A stretch of DNA of 64,000 nt, from positions 21,207-85,206 of the IMG/VR virus record IMGVR_UViG_3300035034_002799. The stretch is one strand, 5' to 3'. Positions 57,878 to 64,000 of this stretch are shown here, one piece after another. This stretch comes from a virus. A program made the translations under genes and the position numbers. Numbering within the stretch: the stretch's first letter is position 1; each line of letters opens with the position of its first letter. The notes beneath the pieces were generated by a model, which saw only the letters and a list, made by a program, of their open reading frames with translations, was not told the DNA's origin and searched no databases.

Positions 57878-58622
57878 TTTTACAACAATTATTGCTATTG
57901 ATGAACACCATACAAATGAACTTCAATTGGCATGGAGATCATGGGAGCATTTTAAACCAGAAATAGTTAAATCACCAATTATTATTATATATGATGATAT
58001 GCAAGTTGATCCAGAAGAAGGCTGGCTAGGCGAAATAAGCGAAAAATTTGATATTACGTTTATACCTTGGCATCCACCTGAAGGTTTATATAAGGACCAA
58101 CGAGAGAAAATGCTTACTAGTTTCTTTAAGGCAGTTGAGTATGTTCAAACTCCATGGTATTTGAAAATTGATACTGACTGTATCGCAACCAATCACGATA
58201 AGGGTTGGTTGAATCCTGATTTCTTCGTAGATGATCCAGTTTTCGTCTCCAATCCTTGGGGGTATACAAAACCTAATAATACTTTTGATATTATGGATGA
58301 TTGGGCTGATGAACTAGATGCGTTTAGAGGTTCTTCGAGATTGAATTTACCATATGATTCTTTATCTGATTTGGTAAGACATAATAGAATCATCTCGTGG
58401 GTTTATTTTGGTAATGTAGGATGGACTAATACTATGTCTTATATATGCCAAGATTCTGAAGGTAATTATAAGTTACCGTTTCCATCTCAAGACACTTACA
58501 TGTGGTATTGTGCTGAACGTATGAATAGACATTATAAAAGAATAAAATTCAAGAAGTTTGGATTTGAACATTGGCATAATATGAAGAGAATTAGAAATAG
58601 AGTTCAGGAGCTTTTGGGATAA
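57870..58622 (+). CDS. Putative GT-A glycosyltransferase
   Basis: TPWYLKIDTD, SQDTY. Confidence 0.6.
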   Translation: MVDFTTIIAIDEHHTNELQLAWRSWEHFKPEIVKSPIIIIYDDMQVDPEEGWLGEISEKFDITFIPWHPPEGLYKDQREKMLTSFFKAVEYVQTPWYLKIDTDCIATNHDKGWLNPDFFVDDPVFVSNPWGYTKPNNTFDIMDDWADELDAFRGSSRLNLPYDSLSDLVRHNRIISWVYFGNVGWTNTMSYICQDSEGNYKLPFPSQDTYMWYCAERMNRHYKRIKFKKFGFEHWHNMKRIRNRVQELLG

Positions 58623-58624
58623 TT

Positions 58625-58906
58625 ATGTACGATTTTGTTATTGCTGGTGCTGGTGTTAGTGCAGCTTCTTTTGCTGCCGCTTTAAAGCATAAGATAAGAT
58701 ATGTTTATTGTGAGTTAGATAATCCAGTCCCGTTTTATCCAGTAAATACTAAACGAAATAAAAAAATACTTGATGATCTAAAAGGATTGATAAAATTTCA
58801 ATATCCTAAACTTGAACTTTTGGGTAGATTAGGAACCTATAAGTACATTGATATTCACCAAGCAGTTGGGCAAGCACTTAGTCTTGCTAAGAAATATAAG
58901 GAGTGA
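58625..58906 (+). pseudogene. glf: UDP-galactopyranose mutase with large internal in-frame deletion
   Basis: MYDFVIAGAG joined directly to PFYPVN...GRLGTYKYIDIHQAV; only 93 aa. Confidence 0.78.
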
Positions 58907-58909
58907 CCT

Positions 58910-59104
58910 ATGGCTAAAACAGGAATAGATGCTCTTTTTGAGCTTATTGATGATTTAGAAAAGAAAATTTGTGATAAGTTTCCAAAACAAAAAGGCAAAG
59001 TAATGATTGCTAATGCTAAACAAGTAGCTGATTATGAAGTTGAAAATGAAGATGTAATGCTTTGGGCGCATACATACCAAAAAGAACTTCAAAAACGCTT
59101 ATAA
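58910..59104 (+). CDS. Hypothetical protein
   Basis: AAGGAG RBS. Confidence 0.7.
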   Translation: MAKTGIDALFELIDDLEKKICDKFPKQKGKVMIANAKQVADYEVENEDVMLWAHTYQKELQKRL

Positions 59105-59105
59105 T

Positions 59106-59113
59106 TATAAATA
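59106..59113 (+). promoter_or_regulatory. Late promoter TATAAATA
   Basis: Exact consensus upstream of 59129. Confidence 0.75.
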
Positions 59114-59128
59114 GCTTAGGAGAAAAAT

Positions 59129-59644
59129 ATGCCTAAATATCAAAATATTTCAGATTTTAGACAATCCATGGTTTTCAAAGGTAATCGTATATTACTTCGA
59201 CCAGGAGATGTTATTAATTCTGACAGTGAACTTCGTGAAATTTTCCTTGAGAAAGTGGAAGAAGATACAGCCGTTACTTTTATAAATGGTGGGTATACTC
59301 GTCAGGTTGATAAACTAGCAGAAAAAGTCACCGAACTTGAAAAAGAGAAAGAAACCTTGGCTGCTAGTAATAATATAAACGTTGAAAACAACCTTAATAC
59401 TATTCAAGCTTCCATCAATGATCTCAAAAATGACCTTTCTGAAGATTTAAATCAAACGAGAGAAATGGTTAAAGCATTGAAAGAAATGTATCAAGGACAA
59501 AAAGAGTTTGCTCAAAAAACAAGAGATGAATTTGAAAAAGAGAAAGATGTTATCGGTAGGCGTTTGGCGCTTCTTAAAAGTGCCATGATGACAATGGAAG
59601 AAGAAATTTACGGACCAATGGAGGATTCCGAGGGAAACGAATAA
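59129..59644 (+). CDS. Late coiled-coil protein; possible -1 frameshift extension to 59724
   Basis: AGGAG RBS; heptad-like region; G GGA AAC just before the stop. Confidence 0.75.
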   Translation: MPKYQNISDFRQSMVFKGNRILLRPGDVINSDSELREIFLEKVEEDTAVTFINGGYTRQVDKLAEKVTELEKEKETLAASNNINVENNLNTIQASINDLKNDLSEDLNQTREMVKALKEMYQGQKEFAQKTRDEFEKEKDVIGRRLALLKSAMMTMEEEIYGPMEDSEGNE

Positions 59645-59716
59645 CCGTTGATGATTCTTATTTTCAGTTAGATGAGGATTTTATTGTGATGTTTGATGAA
59701 GACGAGGAAGAGAAAG

Positions 59717-60076
59717 ATGCCTAATTTAGCAGTGTTAACCGATCAAGCAACTGGAAATAATCAGTTCGGTTTTGTTTTTAAAGCTAAACCTAATATAACT
59801 TCTGATGGAATCCCCGTTGCTAGATTGAACGATGATGTTTTAGTGTGGGGGTTGACTAATATAGCTCCTACTGGAATTAGAGAAGTGTTTAGTATACCTA
59901 CTATTGTTACGCCATCAGGACCTATTCAATGGTTTATTATGGAATACGGACATATAACAAGTGGTTCGAGTAAAACCACAGTTGAACAGTTACCACTTGC
60001 TTTTCAGGGTTCGACTTGGGTGTCTTCCCATTTTTTTGGCACTTTACAAGCCACATCAAGACACGATGTAATTTAA
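59717..60076 (+). CDS. Hypothetical protein
   Basis: ATG 59717 after a purine-rich stretch; followed by terminator. Confidence 0.65.
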   Translation: MPNLAVLTDQATGNNQFGFVFKAKPNITSDGIPVARLNDDVLVWGLTNIAPTGIREVFSIPTIVTPSGPIQWFIMEYGHITSGSSKTTVEQLPLAFQGSTWVSSHFFGTLQATSRHDVI

Positions 60077-60100
60077 AAAAAAGATTCAATAGATGTTGTA

Positions 60101-60128
60101 AGGGAAGTCTATTGACTTCCCTTTTTTT
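60101..60128 (+). terminator. Terminator overlapping the -35 of the next promoter (TTGACT-N16-TAAAAT, 60112-60139)
   Basis: AGGGAAGTC-tatt-GACTTCCCT followed by T run. Confidence 0.8.
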
Positions 60129-60155
60129 AATGGTAAAATCAAATAAGGAGAAACT

Positions 60156-60608
60156 ATGAAGAAGAGCATTTTGCGTGAGTGTTTTAGAAAGGCAACCAAA
60201 AAGAACCCTCACCACGAAGAAGGTGTTTTTGGTTGTTTCAGGCATTACTCTTTTTTTATACAGCGTAACAAGATTCTTGAAATGGGGATCAATAGAGCTA
60301 ATTATGTATTTGAAGACTGTTATCTGATATCTCTTGGTTACTCACCATTGAGTAAGATTCACTCTGAGCTTGACGCATACCATAAAACCAAAGGTCACCC
60401 AGATTTTGATATGAACTTACCGTGGGAGTGTATTAATATAAGGCTACTCAAGGATGGAACTCCTCGTTTGTCAGCCCCATGTAGGGTTTGTGCAAAAAAC
60501 CTCTTGCGTTGGGGATGTAATACGGTATACTATTCAACCAACGAAGGGTTCGACCGACTCAATATAGGAGAACACTATGCCTCTTTTGATGAACTTGTTT
60601 CTGTTTAA
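60156..60608 (+). CDS. Zn-dependent cytidine/CMP deaminase-like protein
   Basis: IHSELDA and APCRVC. Confidence 0.72.
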   Translation: MKKSILRECFRKATKKNPHHEEGVFGCFRHYSFFIQRNKILEMGINRANYVFEDCYLISLGYSPLSKIHSELDAYHKTKGHPDFDMNLPWECINIRLLKDGTPRLSAPCRVCAKNLLRWGCNTVYYSTNEGFDRLNIGEHYASFDELVSV

Positions 60609-60819
60609 GTTATTATGGAGGGCATCAGAATCCCTTTTTTACTTTTTAATCGTATTTATGATTGGTTTTTTAGAAGCTAACGGTCTTATAATATTTAGTT
60701 TAACTTATATAATCTTAATCTATTTTTTTGACTGGGTGTATGATAATCCTGTATTGACGTTTGAGCAACTTTCTAAGGACATCCCTAGTGAAGACAAGGA
60801 GGAAGAAGAAAATGACTAA
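60577..60819 (+). CDS. Small membrane protein
   Basis: Two hydrophobic segments; acidic tail. Confidence 0.6.
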   Translation: MPLLMNLFLFKLLWRASESLFYFLIVFMIGFLEANGLIIFSLTYIILIYFFDWVYDNPVLTFEQLSKDIPSEDKEEEEND

Positions 60820-61147
60820 AATCGGCTTTGATTTGGGAAGTGATACCGTAGTTGAAGAAGAAACCACGGTTGATCATCGTATTTCTCCTCATTGGAATGT
60901 CATTCTATGGAATGACGCCCACCACACCTTTGAGTTTGTTATTGGTATGATTACCAAGATTTTCAAGAAGGAACTAGAGGAAGCTTTTGTTCATACTCGT
61001 GAGATTCACGAAAAAGGCAGATCAATTCTAACTACTTGTTCTAAAGAGCGTGGTTTACTATACCTAGAACAAATTTCCACGATGCATGAGCGTCATAGTG
61101 ATAAGGATTTAGGACCACTCAACTGTACAATTGAACCTACGGAATAA
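60812..61147 (+). CDS. clpS: Clp protease adaptor ClpS
   Basis: VILWNDAHHTFEFV...IHEKGRS...PLNCTIEP. Confidence 0.88.
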   Translation: MTKIGFDLGSDTVVEEETTVDHRISPHWNVILWNDAHHTFEFVIGMITKIFKKELEEAFVHTREIHEKGRSILTTCSKERGLLYLEQISTMHERHSDKDLGPLNCTIEPTE

Positions 61148-61201
61148 TTTTTTTAAAACAAGTCTAAAACATTACCAGACATAGGTTTGTGTGAGTTGGT
61201 G

Positions 61202-61209
61202 TATAAATA
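61202..61209 (+). promoter_or_regulatory. Late promoter TATAAATA
   Basis: Exact consensus upstream of 61225. Confidence 0.7.
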
Positions 61210-61224
61210 TTATACGGGGTCAAC

Positions 61225-62463
61225 ATGCCACCGAGAACACAACTTTTAACAGTCAAAGATAAAAAAAGAGCTACTTTAGACCCTACAAAAAGGTCAGCCT
61301 TTATTGAGGATTTAGAAAAAGAATTGTTCAAAGCGGTGATAGGGCAAGATGAAGCCCTGCATGCTATTGCTGATTCTACGAGTCGGCTTATCACTGGTAT
61401 ACGTGACAAAGACAAACCCATTCTTAATATGCTTTTTCTTGGTCCTACGGGGGTCGGTAAAACCGAAACTGTGAAGGCTATATCCAAGTGCTTGTTTGGT
61501 AACAGAAGCAGATTTACTAGAATCAACTGCCAAGAGCTTAGCGAATCCCACACTGTTTCAAAATTAATTGGTTCTCCACCAGGGTACGTTGGTGGAGAAA
61601 TAGAACCATTACTATGTGAAGAAAATATCATAAGAGAATGCGAAGCGGCTTGGATTGAGTCTCAAGGAATTTATAGTAAACCAAATCCTATATTTAAAAG
61701 ATATGACCCAGAGAAAGGAACTTTTCTTTCTATTATTCTTTTTGATGAGATTGAGAAAGCGCACCCTAAGATATGGACTGCGCTTTTAGGGTTAATGGAT
61801 GATGGGCATTTGGTACTTAGTAATAACGAAAAAGTTAATTTCACCGATTCTATTATTATTATGACTACAAATGTTGGTTCGAAAGAATTAGATATTAGCT
61901 TATCGAAAAATACCGTGGGGTTTGAGCTTAATGAAGAATCCGAAGTAGATTATAAAACCCTTGATAAGCAAGCCAAAGACACAGTATCTAAGCATTTTCC
62001 TCCAGAATTTATTAATAGATTTGACCATGTGATTGGGTTTAAACCATTAAATCACGAAAATCTTAGTGAAATACTTGAAATTCAGCTTAATAAATTTTAC
62101 AAAACGCTTTTAGATGCTGAAATTCCTATTAGATTTAAATATAGTGGAGAATTTAAAAAATATATTATTGATGTTGGAACTAATAATCAATATGGAGCGC
62201 GGTACCTTAAAAGGAAAATCGAAGAAAATCTTATAACTCCCGTTTCCAAAATGGTAAGTAGCGAACAAATAATTGCTGGTGATGAAGTATTTGTCACTAT
62301 GAAAGAAGGACAAATCAATTTTGTTAGAGAAAGAAGAACTGAAGACCAAATGCAAAAATGGGATCGTATTCAGAAAGCAAAAAACAGAAAACCGAGAGCC
62401 AAACCAAAAACTATTAAAAAACCTGTAAGACCTATTAAAAACACAGTCACCCGTAAAAAATGA
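61225..62463 (+). CDS. ClpA/B/C-like AAA+ ATPase, second (D2) module only
   Basis: VIGQDEA, GPTGVGKT, LIGSPPGYVG, FDEIEKAHP, VGF, PEFINR, YGAR. Confidence 0.9.
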   Translation: MPPRTQLLTVKDKKRATLDPTKRSAFIEDLEKELFKAVIGQDEALHAIADSTSRLITGIRDKDKPILNMLFLGPTGVGKTETVKAISKCLFGNRSRFTRINCQELSESHTVSKLIGSPPGYVGGEIEPLLCEENIIRECEAAWIESQGIYSKPNPIFKRYDPEKGTFLSIILFDEIEKAHPKIWTALLGLMDDGHLVLSNNEKVNFTDSIIIMTTNVGSKELDISLSKNTVGFELNEESEVDYKTLDKQAKDTVSKHFPPEFINRFDHVIGFKPLNHENLSEILEIQLNKFYKTLLDAEIPIRFKYSGEFKKYIIDVGTNNQYGARYLKRKIEENLITPVSKMVSSEQIIAGDEVFVTMKEGQINFVRERRTEDQMQKWDRIQKAKNRKPRAKPKTIKKPVRPIKNTVTRKK

Positions 62464-62505
62464 CTTGCTTTTTTTAGAAATCATGTTAAGGTGTTATTTT
62501 TATCA

Positions 62506-62532
62506 TTGACAAACTAATTTTTCCTGTATAAT
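62506..62532 (+). promoter_or_regulatory. Sigma70-type promoter TTGACA-N15-TATAAT
   Basis: Consensus hexamers, short spacer. Confidence 0.6.
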
Positions 62533-62549
62533 ACGAACCAGGAGTTAGT

Positions 62550-63020
62550 ATGTCAGCTAAACGTTATATATCTGAAGAAGAAACTAAAGAAATAATGTTC
62601 GATTTACTTGAACATATTGAAGATAGTGCTTTTGACTTCACAATGGTATGTGGTATAGCCCGTGGTGGGTTACCTATTAGTCGATTTTTGGCTGAGGGGT
62701 TGGGTTTACCTCATAAAGAAATAAAGATTTCCTTTTATGAACAAGATGTCTTTATCCCTTGGCAACCTGAAGTAGATATTGGTACATTTAAGTTTTCAAC
62801 TAGAACTGACCGTGTTTTGTTTGTAGATGACATGATTTATAAGGGAAGTACTCTTAATCACCTAACTAAAATGATTAAGTCAGCTAAGAGAGGCGCACAT
62901 TGGGAGATAGCAACCATGTTTTGGAACCGAGCTTTATCACCTAACAACCCTCCTGATTATTATGGACGGTCTTTAGATACTGATCAATGGGTTGTGTTTC
63001 CGTGGGAACTTAACGACTAG
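62550..63020 (+). CDS. Type I phosphoribosyltransferase (Gpt-like)
   Basis: GIARGG, VLFVDDMIYKGST, PDYY, WVVFPWE. Confidence 0.88.
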   Translation: MSAKRYISEEETKEIMFDLLEHIEDSAFDFTMVCGIARGGLPISRFLAEGLGLPHKEIKISFYEQDVFIPWQPEVDIGTFKFSTRTDRVLFVDDMIYKGSTLNHLTKMIKSAKRGAHWEIATMFWNRALSPNNPPDYYGRSLDTDQWVVFPWELND

Positions 63021-63097
63021 TTAATAGATTTAAAAATAATATTGATATATTTGAACAAAATCTTATATCATTAAATATAGAAAAGGAATCTAAATAG

Positions 63098-63340
63098 ATG
63101 CATACGGAGACATCAATGCAGATAATGTGGGAAAACACAGTAGGTCATCTTAAAGCTGAAACTTTCTATATGGATGATCGCAGTGTTTTTTTGGTGCGCG
63201 TTACTGATTTGAAAACCAAAAAATATATGGAGGAAGAATTCGAAACTCTTTATCAACCTCTTTTTGGTATGGATATTCAAGATAGTAATACATCTCTTTC
63301 AATAGCTGAGGAATTAGCATTAAAAATAGAAGATATTTAA
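63098..63340 (+). CDS. Hypothetical protein
   Basis: ORF with AAGGA RBS. Confidence 0.65.
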   Translation: MHTETSMQIMWENTVGHLKAETFYMDDRSVFLVRVTDLKTKKYMEEEFETLYQPLFGMDIQDSNTSLSIAEELALKIEDI

Positions 63341-63369
63341 AATCTTTTATAAATAAACGTATAGGTTTT

Positions 63370-63903
63370 ATGAAGCATATTTCTGAAAAAACATGGGTGG
63401 CTTTTATGGCTCCTAAAATTTACAAATTTGGGATGTCGGTGACAGATTCACTAACCATCGCAAAATCTACATATTATATGTATTCAGATGAAGCCAGATC
63501 GTATCATGGTGTCTATCATCCAATGCATATATTAGAATATGCTATCGAAAATAAAATTAATCTGTCAATGGAACAAACCATAGCAATTATCTTTCATGAC
63601 GTAGTTTATAAAATTGGTGGGGTTAATAATGAAAAGGCATCTGCATTATTCGCAGAGTCGGTACTTATGCCTTATGCTGTAACTAACGATCAAAAGAAAT
63701 CAATTATTAAAATTTCAAATCATATTATTGATACAACCCAACATTTTAACGATGATCCTAAACTTATAGAACCCGATAGTGATTTAGTATTAGACATTGA
63801 TATATGTAACATGACTCTTAGTTTTAGTGAGTTCTTAAAATGGAACAAAGCTATTGAAATTGAAATGGGTGATATAGTTACATTTTATCATGAAAAATCA
63901 TGA
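63370..63903 (+). CDS. HD-superfamily phosphohydrolase (3' end possibly frameshifted)
   Basis: RSYHGVYH, FHDVVY, NEKASA, LDID; TATAAATA at 63348-63355. Confidence 0.75.
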   Translation: MKHISEKTWVAFMAPKIYKFGMSVTDSLTIAKSTYYMYSDEARSYHGVYHPMHILEYAIENKINLSMEQTIAIIFHDVVYKIGGVNNEKASALFAESVLMPYAVTNDQKKSIIKISNHIIDTTQHFNDDPKLIEPDSDLVLDIDICNMTLSFSEFLKWNKAIEIEMGDIVTFYHEKS

Positions 63904-64000
63904 AGTCGATGTTTTAGTGACAAGAGGGACTATATTCTCCTCTCCATCTTCAATCCAAAAGAAACCAGTTCTAATATTATGAAGATGTCGTTTCTTATAA

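Noticed and set aside
61164-62484. Minus-strand ORFs of 155, 79 and 124 aa
   Set aside because: Antisense to the well-supported Clp ATPase, with no motifs
1-64000. Stop-codon reassignment
   Set aside because: Genes are full length in the standard code and end in TAA, TAG and TGA
1-64000. tRNA/rRNA genes, group I introns, diversity-generating retroelement, invertase system
   Set aside because: Intergenic gaps are short, no cloverleaf, reverse transcriptase or recombinase was recognised, and the insertions in gmd and nrdJ are in-frame inteins

Overview
AT-rich 64-kb segment of a large T4-like (probably jumbo) myophage using the standard genetic code. It carries T4-type replication and regulation genes (gp62 clamp-loader subunit, RegA, gp61 primase), an intein-containing class II ribonucleotide reductase preceded by tandem NrdR boxes, an NAD-dependent DNA ligase, HNH and Cas4-like nucleases, baseplate genes (gp5, gp25, gp6, gp7-like), tail/adhesin genes, many TATAAATA late promoters, and sigma70-type promoters with 15-16-nt spacers. 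The main signal is a very large phage-encoded glycan system in three clusters (2.8-19.7, 26.8-28.4 and 55-58.9 kb). It comprises an unusual CMP-sugar pathway with an AroB-like enzyme and a GT29-like/SIS fusion, a GDP-colitose/fucose pathway whose Gmd carries an intein, about a dozen glycosyltransferases, methyltransferases and a poly-G-interrupted Maf-like transferase. A baseplate-linked poly-serine FG-GAP protein and lectin-like baseplate inserts lie in the same window. My inference is a virion glycan-coat system, possibly phase-variable. Host-like genes (prenyltransferase-repeat protein, ClpS) hint at a PVC-superphylum host. Other notable items are a candidate -1 frameshift (G GGA AAC), a late promoter inside an RBS-sequestering hairpin, and a D2-only Clp ATPase. 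All calls come from reading motifs by eye; no database searches were run.
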